Source: a virus (taxonomy: Duplodnaviria > Caudoviricetes). Taken from it: a DNA stretch of 64,000 bases. Positions 9,631 to 19,012 of this stretch are shown here, one piece after another. The first letter of the stretch is position 1, and every line of letters begins with the position of its first letter. Where the stretch lies: positions 15,060 through 79,059 of the IMG/VR virus record IMGVR_UViG_3300037067_013058. One strand, given 5' to 3'. The notes under the pieces were generated by a model that searched no databases, was not told where the DNA came from, and saw nothing but the letters and a program-made list of their open reading frames with translations. Position numbers and translations under genes: made by a program.

Positions 9631-9945
9631 TTACTCGCTTTTCTTCAATTCCCAACTATCACAAATGCCCCAACTTGCAACTTCTCGGGAAACGGCCCAT
9701 TCGTCCCAAAGACCCCATTGTTTGCTCTTAAACTCTAAATTCCTGTCACACCATTCCTTAGTTACGGTGTTTCCCTCATAAGGAATATCTCCAGAGCATT
9801 CCCCCATAGCCACACTTCCGCACTTTGGACGTTCTGATTTGTCAATGTGACAAAAATAAACATTAGGCTCATCATACTCGCTCATTCGGAAAACCTTAGC
9901 GCAGTTGTAGCACCCGTTCTGGACTTTGTAACTATCAGGTCGCAT
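9631..9945 (-). CDS. Cys-containing hypothetical protein
   Basis: Likely start ATG at 9945 (MRPDSY...), overlapping the end of the upstream gene. Confidence 0.5.
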   Translation of the reverse strand: MRPDSYKVQNGCYNCAKVFRMSEYDEPNVYFCHIDKSERPKCGSVAMGECSGDIPYEGNTVTKEWCDRNLEFKSKQWGLWDEWAVSREVASWGICDSWELKKSE

Positions 9946-10348
9946 CTTGCATTTCCTCTGGTGGTTGATGCCAACCAAATTTAGGATCTGCACTACGCTT
10001 CTTATCGCATTCTGGACAAAGCGTTCTAATCCAGTGTTCATTTGTCCGAATTTTCACTTCTCGGGCAGTTCCACAAATTTCACAGATATACTTTGAGAAT
10101 GTGTAATACTTGCTCAAAATATTTGTGATTTCTTCGGAACAAGGCTCAGTGTAAACAGTCAATTGCGCGAACTTTTCCTTGAGTTGTACTACCTTGATTT
10201 GATCCCCACCAGGAAGAGCGGTTAATTCCTTAGCCATTTGGAGAATCAGGGCGTACCAACCCGAACTACACTCGAATTCATGCCTGAACATAGATCCAAA
10301 AAGAGTTGGAAATTGTTCTAGCAAGGAATTGTCAAGTTCTTTCTTCAT
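9935..10348 (-). CDS. Conserved phage hypothetical protein (QxKEKF-type, C-terminal CxxC pairs)
   Basis: GWYALI...QLKEKFAQLTVY...CEICG...TLCPEC pattern, recognisable from many phage small proteins. Confidence 0.55.
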   Translation of the reverse strand: MKKELDNSLLEQFPTLFGSMFRHEFECSSGWYALILQMAKELTALPGGDQIKVVQLKEKFAQLTVYTEPCSEEITNILSKYYTFSKYICEICGTAREVKIRTNEHWIRTLCPECDKKRSADPKFGWHQPPEEMQDAT

Positions 10349-10737
10349 CTAATTTCCTTCTTTTCTAAAATTTCCCGTTCAGCTTCTAAATCTCTGGTAA
10401 TGGCTTTCTCTGATGAAAAAGCCTCACCGTACCTCTTTCTGAGCTTGAGAATATTCAGTGTCATGCTCTCACTAAAATTGCTAGATAAAGCGTTAAGCAT
10501 AACAGCAAGATACCAACATGCATCGCCCACCTCTTCAATAAGATTTACTTCATCAATTGGCTTACCATAGTAAATATGCTTCTTTAATACATCCAGCACT
10601 TCCCCTGCCTCTGTGGATAAACCAAGAGCAGCATGGAGTAGCCTAATTGTTTTTTCATCCTGGATACGCCTCTTTAATGCGTCCATGTCCGTTGATTCAG
10701 TCTTCAGCACTTCTTGTGTATAGATTTCTGGTGTCAA
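10345..10737 (-). CDS. MazG-like nucleoside triphosphate pyrophosphohydrolase
   Basis: ALGLSTEAGEVLDVLKK...EEVGDACWY ExxE/ExxD motifs; likely start TTG at 10737 after GGAGAGGAG, overlapping the upstream TGA. Confidence 0.82.
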   Translation of the reverse strand: MTPEIYTQEVLKTESTDMDALKRRIQDEKTIRLLHAALGLSTEAGEVLDVLKKHIYYGKPIDEVNLIEEVGDACWYLAVMLNALSSNFSESMTLNILKLRKRYGEAFSSEKAITRDLEAEREILEKKEIR

Positions 10738-11870
10738 ATACGTGCTCCTCTCCATTTCACATTGCGAATAATTGCCCCACCATCCATTTGAAGGCCCAAA
10801 CCATTCACATCCCATAACCCAGGAAAAGCCCCCCAAGCTGAATATTCTTGCCAGGTAGGAGTTTGAGTAATCCTGCTTTCCTTTTTCCATTCATCACGAA
10901 ATAGTTTGAAATTCGTTGTGTCACACCTTATTAAATAATACTTATTTGTTGCGTAATGTCGAAGGCCCTTACGCTGTGATCCGTCCTTCCTGTAATAAAA
11001 CCCTTCACCAGTTATCGAAGTAATTTCGTCAAGCTTGGAATCATCTGTTGAAAGGGGTCGCCAACCCTTGGGAATATATCCGTCAGGGAATTGGCAGAGC
11101 GGCGATAAACCAAGCGACAGACGAATATCTTTCCAAGGATCATTCATCTTTGCCAATAACGCGGGCAAATGCGGATCATCAAAAGAATTCAACAACACCG
11201 TAAGCGAAACCATGAAATTATCTTGATTTTTTTGCTTTGCCTTGTCCTTGATGAATGCCAAGCCCCTGCGGAACTTTTCCTCTAGCCAAACATCTAGTGG
11301 AATTCCTTGAGATTCCAATTGGCACATCTTATCCCACAGCCGATGATAACCAGCTAATGTCTTATTTTTAGAAGCTGTATAAACAGGAATAGCTACGTTA
11401 TTAGCTTCAACAACTTTCTTCAAAGATACGTAAGCTCTTCCGCAATGCTCTACCTGCAATTGGATAAAATCTAACATAAATTGGGCCAACTTTTTAAAAT
11501 TATCCGCAGATCCTACATGTGCGCGAAGTTTTTTAATCATTGGCCACATCATTGTGTTATTGACCAACAATGCGGGCCTTTCCCACGAAGTATAATCAGT
11601 GAGAATGAAGAGAAGTACATAATATGACCACGGATCAATGTCAAATTTCTTGAGCTTTAGATATAGATTATTCAGCGCCTTCTTTTGTGGTTTAAGACCA
11701 AGCCATCTGCCGGGATTATCGTGCCAAGGAGAAATTGTTCCTTCATATCCATAATATCCCCAAATTTGTCTAGAAACATGGAGAAGTGCCTGATTGGATA
11801 AGGTTTCCTTTTCCTTGTCCATACTACTGATCTCAGAACGAACTAAACGCTTTGACCAATCACCCATCAT
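10734..11870 (-). CDS. Hypothetical protein
   Basis: 378-aa ORF, ATGA-coupled; no motif recognised. Confidence 0.65.
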   Translation of the reverse strand: MMGDWSKRLVRSEISSMDKEKETLSNQALLHVSRQIWGYYGYEGTISPWHDNPGRWLGLKPQKKALNNLYLKLKKFDIDPWSYYVLLFILTDYTSWERPALLVNNTMMWPMIKKLRAHVGSADNFKKLAQFMLDFIQLQVEHCGRAYVSLKKVVEANNVAIPVYTASKNKTLAGYHRLWDKMCQLESQGIPLDVWLEEKFRRGLAFIKDKAKQKNQDNFMVSLTVLLNSFDDPHLPALLAKMNDPWKDIRLSLGLSPLCQFPDGYIPKGWRPLSTDDSKLDEITSITGEGFYYRKDGSQRKGLRHYATNKYYLIRCDTTNFKLFRDEWKKESRITQTPTWQEYSAWGAFPGLWDVNGLGLQMDGGAIIRNVKWRGARI

Positions 11871-12049
11871 GCATCTTCTCCAGCCAACTCATCCTCCAAC
11901 CGCTGAATTTCTAGTTTCGCTGCTACCAACTCATCCTCCAACGTACAAATCCTGTTGTTCGCCCACTCCGGAGAATGCCTACAAATCTTGATCAGAGGGA
12001 CAAAGTTTCCATCAATATCCAAGTAATTTCTAGCTTTTACTTCATCCAT
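11867..12049 (-). CDS. Small coiled-coil hypothetical protein
   Basis: 60 aa with duplicated LEDEL heptad. Confidence 0.45.
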   Translation of the reverse strand: MDEVKARNYLDIDGNFVPLIKICRHSPEWANNRICTLEDELVAAKLEIQRLEDELAGEDA

Positions 12050-12052
12050 TTT

Positions 12053-12268
12053 TCACTCCCACCCGTGCTTCTTTTTCAACATTTCGTAATTCAACCATTT
12101 TGCGTACAGATTTCCACAATTGGGACAGAATTTGTCGGAATATTTGTTTGGATCACCTTCTGCTGCGCCTTTTTCGGACCAAAACTGCGAACGTGGACCA
12201 GGGAAGTCCAGCCAACCCCAGCCGCATTTTTCACATCTATATTCCGCGATAATCTGCACATTTTTCAC
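12053..12268 (-). CDS. Small zinc-ribbon protein
   Basis: CEKCG...CPNCG; ATGA coupling. Confidence 0.5.
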   Translation of the reverse strand: MKNVQIIAEYRCEKCGWGWLDFPGPRSQFWSEKGAAEGDPNKYSDKFCPNCGNLYAKWLNYEMLKKKHGWE

Positions 12269-14073
12269 TGCAAATACTTTAGCAAATCTTCCCTGCCCAT
12301 CTCCACTAATTTATCGTCAGGCGTAGTAACTGCTTCCACGATGTCCTGCTTTCCTATCAGCTTTTCTTTAATAAGCACGTCTACAGAATTGTCAACGTCT
12401 AAAAACATAATAGTTGCAGGTTTCGCACGAATCAGGTCCAAAGCTGTAGGATTTTCCATTTCTACCCGTCTGTGGATTCGATCCAAAGACTGATTATAGA
12501 GAACATACGAATAAGGTCTGTCAACGTAAATTGCTGTCCTAGCTCTTGCTAACCAGTCCGTACCCGTCCCCGCTTTTGCTGGAATCGCTACTGCTATTCT
12601 TGGCCAGCCGTTTGATTCAAAAGCCGTTGAAATTTTCTCCAGTTCTATATTGCTAATCCCACCATAAACCTTGACTGCCCCATATTGTTCGTTATAACGG
12701 TCAAAAAGTAGATCAACAGCCGCACGAAATTCGGTCCAAATCACGACCTTTTGTTCAGGATCGGCCAAAAGCTCTTCCAGGATATTATCTAATTCCACAT
12801 ACTTTGCTGAATCTCCCTCATTACCTAAAATTGAAGGATGGTTCAAACACTGCCTTAACCTAATGGCGTTTTCATTACTGCCTAAAAACTTTTGAACATT
12901 AATTAGCGAATCTGTTGCTAAACCCTTACGTGCTTCCCCGCATAAAACGCTGTACAAGGCCCGCTGCTGCCCTTCCAGTGTCACTACGCGGGTTATGAAT
13001 GTCCTAGGTGGGAAGCCTTTCATATCAGCCTTGGAACGGCGTATAGAAACCCGCTCAAGACGCATTTTTAGCTCATCGAGGTTGCGATATCCAACGATCT
13101 TCAAATGCGAACCTTTGTGGCCATATTCCACAAGCTGCTTAACCACGAAATGGTTGTCAAATTTGGAAATATGTGGGACTTTTCCGTAATTGAGAATCTT
13201 GAGAATTACGTAAGCATTTAGCGGAGATTCGCTAACAGGTGTTCCCGTCATCGGAACCACCCTAGGGGCCTTCCCGTTATGATCCCTGCTGTGCATTATC
13301 AATTCTAGAACACATTGCGTCCTTTTTGCTGACAAATTTTTGTAATAATGGCCCTCGTCAATGATTATCAAGTCCCAAGGCATGTCAATCAGCAAACTAC
13401 AAAGTTCGTTAACGGGCGTATTTCCCTTTGTTTGCACTAGATTTTCTGGATGAACAAGCATTACGTCAAAATTTCCAGAAGATTCCGCCGCCTTAGCATA
13501 TTGCAGAGCATTTGCTTTACCTTGCGGAATAGGTGCTGGGCGAAAATACGTATGTTTCTTTATCTGTTTGGTAAAATCCAATAGTGGTGTACTTGGAACA
13601 ATTACCAGGATTTTTTCAACCTCTGGCATAATTGAAGCCGCAGCTAAAATTTCCAAAGTTTTTCCGGACCCTAATGCGTCAAACAGACCACACCTTTTAT
13701 TGTGGTACATATAAGCAATAGCGTTGTATTGATCCTCATACGGCGTACACTTCAATTTCCCTTGTAGAAGTTCTTTCATCTGGTCGTTGAATTCACCGGC
13801 TTTTATCCGATCATTTCTGTCTTCGATTGATAGCAAATAATTTAACCATTTATATGCATCTTCATCAACCCAGCGTTCATCAACAATATTCGCCTGATTT
13901 AGCTTTTGCTTGAGAATTTTCAGATCATCATAGGACATTGACCAGCTATTGTCTTCTTTCTCTACTGCACCAAGCAATGACTTGACCGTTAAGAAGATCG
14001 TTTGGTAATTTGGATGATTTGAATCCAACGTTACCAAAAAGTTCTTATTTTCTAGTAGAGAAATGTCTATCAA
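12265..14073 (-). CDS. SNF2-family (SF2) helicase
   Basis: LFDALGSGKT (motif I), IIDEGH (II), MTGTP (III), VVIWTEF (IV), GTGTD and QSLDRIHR (V/VI). Confidence 0.87.
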   Translation of the reverse strand: MIDISLLENKNFLVTLDSNHPNYQTIFLTVKSLLGAVEKEDNSWSMSYDDLKILKQKLNQANIVDERWVDEDAYKWLNYLLSIEDRNDRIKAGEFNDQMKELLQGKLKCTPYEDQYNAIAYMYHNKRCGLFDALGSGKTLEILAAASIMPEVEKILVIVPSTPLLDFTKQIKKHTYFRPAPIPQGKANALQYAKAAESSGNFDVMLVHPENLVQTKGNTPVNELCSLLIDMPWDLIIIDEGHYYKNLSAKRTQCVLELIMHSRDHNGKAPRVVPMTGTPVSESPLNAYVILKILNYGKVPHISKFDNHFVVKQLVEYGHKGSHLKIVGYRNLDELKMRLERVSIRRSKADMKGFPPRTFITRVVTLEGQQRALYSVLCGEARKGLATDSLINVQKFLGSNENAIRLRQCLNHPSILGNEGDSAKYVELDNILEELLADPEQKVVIWTEFRAAVDLLFDRYNEQYGAVKVYGGISNIELEKISTAFESNGWPRIAVAIPAKAGTGTDWLARARTAIYVDRPYSYVLYNQSLDRIHRRVEMENPTALDLIRAKPATIMFLDVDNSVDVLIKEKLIGKQDIVEAVTTPDDKLVEMGREDLLKYLQ

Positions 14074-14507
14074 AAGTCAGTCTCCTCCAACAACTTTTCT
14101 ACATCAGCAAGTCTTTCGTCCTCTTTTGACACCGTGCCCATTTCTTTAACTCTGCCCTTTATTAATGGAATACCTCTCATCCCAACGCCTGGGATAGATA
14201 TCTCACGAACCGGGAAATCCTCGGAAATCGAATAGAAAGACTCAAATGTAAGTCTCTCATCTGTTCCCAAACCTGCCGTAGCCGTCTTAACTTCAATGTG
14301 GATGATTTCTCCATCAACAACCTCTCTGGTCCAAAGATACCAACTATTACCAAGCATTCCTTTTGCGGGGGAAGTAATCCATTTTCCATCATTCATTGAG
14401 TCATTCCAGGAACATTCCACATCATTTATCGTAGCCCGCACAAGTTGTCCATCCCGATTTCTTCCACGAGCCTTACGAAAACCTATTTGCAAAGCTATTT
14501 TCATCAA
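14070..14507 (-). CDS. Hypothetical protein
   Basis: 145 aa, coupled on both sides. Confidence 0.55.
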   Translation of the reverse strand: MMKIALQIGFRKARGRNRDGQLVRATINDVECSWNDSMNDGKWITSPAKGMLGNSWYLWTREVVDGEIIHIEVKTATAGLGTDERLTFESFYSISEDFPVREISIPGVGMRGIPLIKGRVKEMGTVSKEDERLADVEKLLEETDF

Positions 14508-15187
14508 TCAAACCGAATGTACCAATCTTCAGCAGGAATTTGAGTCGTTTTATCAAGTGCATCACAAAAGTGCTTATGCTGTGCTTTTTCCAGCTCTGAA
14601 ACTAAATCCACAGGGGAAGATAAAAAGGCCTTTATTTGCTCTTCGTTAAGGATCTTTGGAAACTCATCACCTAACTGTGTCCAACCAACTCTAGGAACTC
14701 TTGAAAACAACTCTAAATATGGACCAGGGCTCAATTGCTCAACAATGTCAAAAAATGCGTCAGGCTTCCCAGAATGCCTTGTGTACGGAGCTTCAAAGGT
14801 AGACCGTATACTCTTACTCAAAACTTCTGGACGCCCCTTGATACCAATTAGGCAAACCTCATGCTCCATCCGAACTTGTCTGCCCATCCCAAACCAACGC
14901 TTACCTGTAGCCGTTTTCTTTAACCAAACTATTTCGGCTTTTGGTATGAATCCCCAAGCCCGCATTACACGCAAAGCCTCTTCCTGTTGTGAAGCTACAC
15001 GCCAAAGAAATAAACGAGCATCCGGAGCTATTTGATTTACCAAATTTTCAGTTACTAAAAAATTCTCAATCTCTGCAATAGAAAGAACTGAATAATTCTT
15101 TTCCGCGCCACGGGAAGGACCGGGTAACTTATCACCAAAGGACCAGGGTGGATCTGCACAAATAGTTTTAAATAATTCTGTCATCAC
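14504..15187 (-). CDS. MT-A70-family adenine methyltransferase
   Basis: ICADPPW catalytic motif, LFLW, HSGKPD, YLELFSR and GWTQLGDE are characteristic of MT-A70. Confidence 0.87.
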   Translation of the reverse strand: MMTELFKTICADPPWSFGDKLPGPSRGAEKNYSVLSIAEIENFLVTENLVNQIAPDARLFLWRVASQQEEALRVMRAWGFIPKAEIVWLKKTATGKRWFGMGRQVRMEHEVCLIGIKGRPEVLSKSIRSTFEAPYTRHSGKPDAFFDIVEQLSPGPYLELFSRVPRVGWTQLGDEFPKILNEEQIKAFLSSPVDLVSELEKAQHKHFCDALDKTTQIPAEDWYIRFD

Positions 15188-15648
15188 TTCTCCTCTGTAC
15201 TCATGCTGTTTATTGCCGTTTCGTATTCGTCCAACTCTTCCTTTTTTCTGCTGCCCGTTGGTGGAAAATTCACTTCCATAAATTTCATTATAAGATCGAT
15301 TAACGATTTTGCCATAGGTACAGACGGCACCCCGGTAATTCCAGAAGGCTCAAATTCCATGAACTTGAATTTCGCATAAATCTCCCGTGGATCTACACCA
15401 TACTGCAAAAGTAATGAAACAGCTATTGCCCAAGCAGTAGAAAAACCATGCTCAAACCCACCAATTTTATTCATCGAAATAACTAATTCGCCTGGGGTTC
15501 CATCGGCATACGTATTTATTGTAAAATACCCTTTATAAACCTCTTCCTCATTTCCAAATAGTTCAAACTTTCTCGTTATACCAGCACGATCATCATCAAG
15601 TGGAAATTTAACCAGTTTTGGTGCGCCCATCGGTGAAGGATTTGTCAT
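15184..15648 (-). CDS. Stand-alone class II ribonucleotide reductase C-terminal (TSCPD-like) domain
   Basis: GYFTINTYADGTPGELVI..KIGG....A.A.AVSLLLQYGV...FEPSG...SLIDLI matches the NrdJ C-terminal module. Confidence 0.7.
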   Translation of the reverse strand: MTNPSPMGAPKLVKFPLDDDRAGITRKFELFGNEEEVYKGYFTINTYADGTPGELVISMNKIGGFEHGFSTAWAIAVSLLLQYGVDPREIYAKFKFMEFEPSGITGVPSVPMAKSLIDLIMKFMEVNFPPTGSRKKEELDEYETAINSMSTEEK

Positions 15649-16292
15649 TCCACGGGCCTTTCATCAAGAAATTGCTTCAACCTTGTCGTAGCAAATTGCA
15701 AAAGTGTTTCAAATTTCTGCGTTCGTAATGCTGCACTGGGATGAGGAAATAAAATAACCGTTGCGTCAATATCCCCTACCCACCCATGACCTCCCGGTTT
15801 AAGAATCTCTCCGCAATGGTTAGAAATTCCTGAACACCCGTAAGGAGTCACAGCGGCCATTGCTTCATTACCAAATGCAAGGATCAACTTTGGTTTCAAC
15901 AAAGCAATTTCACTACGCAAAAATGGCAAACATGCGGTCATTTCTGCGAATTCTACAGGACGATTTGCTTCACTGAAACATTTGCAAACGTTCGTCACCC
16001 AACACTCTCTACGTGTTAGCCCAACCTCTTCCAAAACCTGATCAAGTCTTTTGCCAGATTTTCCCACAAATGGCTCACCTGCGTAAAGCTCCTCAAATCC
16101 TGGATTTCTGCCAATAATCATTATCTCATTATCGCTAAAACCACTGGGAATGGTTGGCCCATATTCGCCAACACAATTTCGTAATTTACACCTTGAACAC
16201 GATTTAATGCTGTCGTCCAAATTATCCCATTGATAATTATCGCATGAGGAAATTTCTATGAAGTCAGTTGGTATCCAGAAATTAGTTGCCAT
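15645..16292 (-). CDS. Family 4 uracil-DNA glycosylase (Fe-S type)
   Basis: CSRC..., GRNPGFEE...PFVGKSG, TNVCKC, AC.PFL and HPS motifs. Confidence 0.85.
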   Translation of the reverse strand: MATNFWIPTDFIEISSCDNYQWDNLDDSIKSCSRCKLRNCVGEYGPTIPSGFSDNEIMIIGRNPGFEELYAGEPFVGKSGKRLDQVLEEVGLTRRECWVTNVCKCFSEANRPVEFAEMTACLPFLRSEIALLKPKLILAFGNEAMAAVTPYGCSGISNHCGEILKPGGHGWVGDIDATVILFPHPSAALRTQKFETLLQFATTRLKQFLDERPVE

Positions 16293-16366
16293 TTTTACAA
16301 ACCTTTTAAATCAAACCACAGAGGAACACCCAACAGTCCACTATAATACGATCAGATCTCCGAAAC

Positions 16367-17608
16367 TTACCCTTCCAATGAGGTGTTCGGTTCCTGCCCA
16401 ACCAGTGGTTTCACGCGGCCAATACGATCCGCGTCAGCGCCCCCAGGACAACAGGCTGACACCGGGGAACTCCCGGCCAAACTCTTTAGGTTAAATGAAG
16501 CATTGAACTCCCGATCATGTTTCACCCCACATTCAGGACAAACCCAAGACCGATCCTTCAACTTCAGATCCTTGTTTATAAAGCCACAGCCGGGAGAAGA
16601 GCACGTCTTGGATGACGGATACCACATATCTGCTTTAATAACTTGCTTTCCTGCCCACTTGGCTTTGTATTCGATTTGTCGTAGGAACTCGGACATACCA
16701 GCATCTGTAACTGCTTTACTTAAATGCCTATTCTTGAGCATTCCCTTTACATTAAGACTCTCAATAACAATAACATCTGCTGACTTGACTATCGCCGTAG
16801 ATGCCTTGTGCTGATTGTCTCTTCGAATATTAACTATTTTCTGATGTAGTTTTTCTACCTTGGCCCTTGCTTTTTCTCTGTTCTTTCCACCTTTCTGTTT
16901 CCTATCCATTTCCTTCTGGAGAAAACGGAGCCTCTTTTGAACTTTTACGTATGCTTTGGGATTTTCAAAAACTTCTCCGTCACTGGTAGTAGCAAGATCT
17001 TTAAGCCCCACATCAACACCAGCAACATGAGGTTCTTTAACAGGAATAGGATCAGGAATTTCCTGCTCTACCTTCAAAGAAACATACCATTTTCCCGCTT
17101 TCTCTGAAACTGTGGCAGAAAGTATCTTTATGTCTTCCCGCCCATCAAGAGGAAGATAGTTCTTCTCCTTTAATTTTATGTGGCCCAAACGGGGTAACTG
17201 AATTCTAGACACAGAAACATGAATACTTTCTTTCAGCGTAAAGCTACCAGGACCTTTTTTCTTAGATTTAAATTTTGGAAAACCTTTTTCTTTTGCACCC
17301 TCTTTGCAACGTCTAAAAAAACCATCAAAAGCTCGATCCACAGCCCTAATCGCTTCTTGCGGGGCGCACTTGGAAACCTCATACATCCACGGAACACCAC
17401 CATCGTCAATGGGCGTTCTTTTCAAAACAGTTAATTCCCTATTAAGCTCAATATAATTGGGGCTTCTTCCTGTCTCCGCGTAACAAGACAGTTTTTTATT
17501 AAGCGCCCAATTATACGCCCAACGCGCAGCCCCGGCACTTTGCACAAAATCAGATTTTTGCCTGTTGTTTGGATCTAACTCTGTCTTGTATGCTTTATAA
17601 ATTTTCAT
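16367..17608 (-). CDS. tnpB: TnpB RNA-guided nuclease (IS607-associated); RuvC-III reads DRE
   Basis: YKAYKTELDP, AARWAYN, GFPKFKSKK, GVDVGLK (RuvC-I), VIESLNV (RuvC-II), PSSKTCS..C / CPEC zinc finger, HDREFNAS (RuvC-III). Confidence 0.93.
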   Translation of the reverse strand: MKIYKAYKTELDPNNRQKSDFVQSAGAARWAYNWALNKKLSCYAETGRSPNYIELNRELTVLKRTPIDDGGVPWMYEVSKCAPQEAIRAVDRAFDGFFRRCKEGAKEKGFPKFKSKKKGPGSFTLKESIHVSVSRIQLPRLGHIKLKEKNYLPLDGREDIKILSATVSEKAGKWYVSLKVEQEIPDPIPVKEPHVAGVDVGLKDLATTSDGEVFENPKAYVKVQKRLRFLQKEMDRKQKGGKNREKARAKVEKLHQKIVNIRRDNQHKASTAIVKSADVIVIESLNVKGMLKNRHLSKAVTDAGMSEFLRQIEYKAKWAGKQVIKADMWYPSSKTCSSPGCGFINKDLKLKDRSWVCPECGVKHDREFNASFNLKSLAGSSPVSACCPGGADADRIGRVKPLVGQEPNTSLEG

Positions 17609-18051
17609 TTTTCTAAAAAAACAAAATGTCTTCCTTGAGAAGATAGCAAAGTTGTAATATATCCAACACCAGAACGAGAAACCCGGTCTTCACTCTCCAC
17701 AACCAGTCTAACCACAGTTTTATCAAATAACAAACCCTTCAATTTCTTCTTTTCCTCACTTATTTCCGACCCAATTTCTGTAACAACTTCAGTATGTTCC
17801 CACCCTTGCGACTTAGCAAAAGCAAGAAGGCGCTCTACTTGACGGTCAAGATCCTTCTTCTGGGACGAAGTAGAAACACAAGCATACAAGACCGTTCTAC
17901 TTTCCTTAACCGGCTCATCAACTAGAACCATAATCCTGCCTGTTGGTGTCTTCTCCGTAGGAACAGGCATAATCCCTGCATAATACCAGCGTTGAGCAGT
18001 CTTAAAACTGATACCCTGCTGCTTTGCCCACTGTGATAATTTGACCCTCAT
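17605..18051 (-). CDS. tnpA: IS607 serine recombinase TnpA, probably degenerate and truncated
   Basis: KLSQWAKQQGISFKTAQRWYYAG HTH, YACVST..QKKDLDRQ and EDRVSR; only 148 aa, lacking the C-terminal helix. Confidence 0.85.
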   Translation of the reverse strand: MRVKLSQWAKQQGISFKTAQRWYYAGIMPVPTEKTPTGRIMVLVDEPVKESRTVLYACVSTSSQKKDLDRQVERLLAFAKSQGWEHTEVVTEIGSEISEEKKKLKGLLFDKTVVRLVVESEDRVSRSGVGYITTLLSSQGRHFVFLEK

Positions 18052-18106
18052 AGTACCTATTATAGTTTAATTTTGTTGGTTTTCCTAAAGCACCCTCAAA
18101 TTATTT

Positions 18107-19012
18107 TTAACCCCGTTTTGGCAACTTTGTTGGATCAAGCCTCAAAGGTCCAAGCCTATCCACAATTATCCTATAGCGAGCGGGATCTACAACTTTATTT
18201 TCTGTTGCCTGACGCATTATTTCTTGTGCCTCTTCCCGAGTTAAACAAAATTTAGCTTCGTTTAGCGAGGGAATTGTCACTACCCTAAAAGCACTTTCTA
18301 CTTCGTCTTCATGGAAAAGTATTCGTTCAGTTGTCTTCTTCTTTCGGAGGACTTTAACAATGTCATCGGCGAAAAGTTGGCCAATGGTTCCAAATTCATT
18401 TAGCACAGAAGTTGCCGTCTTTGGGCCAACTCCTTTAGCACCGGGAATATTATCGCTTGTGTCGCCAGATAATGCCTTGAAATCTCTAATTTGCTGGGGG
18501 GAGATTCCAAAGAATTCCGTAACCACTGCTGAATTTACCCATTGCTTTTTCATCGGATCAAAAACTATTATCTGCTTTTGGCCATCAGATTTAACCATTT
18601 GCCAAAGATCATGGTCAGATGTAGCAATTATTACGGAATCACCTTGGGAATATCTGTATTCAGCAACCCAGGAAATTAGATCATCAGCTTCTACACCTGG
18701 GACTATAAATTGTTGAATGTTATGGTATACGAGATATCGTTGAGCATCTTTTGCTTGTGCGTAAACTTCATCAAAGTCTATGTTTGATTCTTTACGCTTT
18801 TCTGCTCGCTGGGCCTTGTATTCAGGATAACAAAGCATTCGCCAACGGGATTTGCCACTATCCCAGAACATTGCCAGATTATCGAAGGGGAAGGAACTAG
18901 TAATATCGGATAATAGATTAAGAACCGATGAAGTGACTCCGTGGTTTTCGGTGCCAGTGCCGTAAGCGGAACGGAAGACAAGGGGGTTGCCGTCGATAAG
19001 AAGAGAGATCAT
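18107..19012 (-). CDS. 5'-3' exonuclease (PolI N-terminal / FEN-like)
   Basis: LLIDGN, YPEYKAQR, EADDLI, TSDHDLWQ and GDTSDNIPGAKGVGPKTA (H3TH) motifs. Confidence 0.9.
   Translation of the reverse strand: MISLLIDGNPLVFRSAYGTGTENHGVTSSVLNLLSDITSSFPFDNLAMFWDSGKSRWRMLCYPEYKAQRAEKRKESNIDFDEVYAQAKDAQRYLVYHNIQQFIVPGVEADDLISWVAEYRYSQGDSVIIATSDHDLWQMVKSDGQKQIIVFDPMKKQWVNSAVVTEFFGISPQQIRDFKALSGDTSDNIPGAKGVGPKTATSVLNEFGTIGQLFADDIVKVLRKKKTTERILFHEDEVESAFRVVTIPSLNEAKFCLTREEAQEIMRQATENKVVDPARYRIIVDRLGPLRLDPTKLPKRG

Larger units (their letters stand above)
16350..18106 (-). mobile_element. IS607-family element (tnpA + tnpB), apparently decaying; boundaries approximate
   Basis: Serine recombinase with N-terminal MerR-like HTH overlapping tnpB by ATGA; 3' end has the hairpin CCGGG-AGTTC-CCCGG and ends ...GGGTAAGTTTCGGAGA; inserted between the exonuclease and UDG genes. 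Confidence 0.8.

Noticed and set aside
10734-10890. Long overlaps between ORFs (MazG with its upstream gene; also 9935-10041)
   Set aside because: They disappear when downstream starts with proper RBS or coupling are used (10737, 9945).
11884-11942. 17-nt direct repeat CCAACTCATCCTCCAAC, two copies 42 nt apart (CRISPR-like spacing)
   Set aside because: Only two copies, in frame within a coiled-coil ORF (duplicated LEDEL); no cas genes or further repeats.
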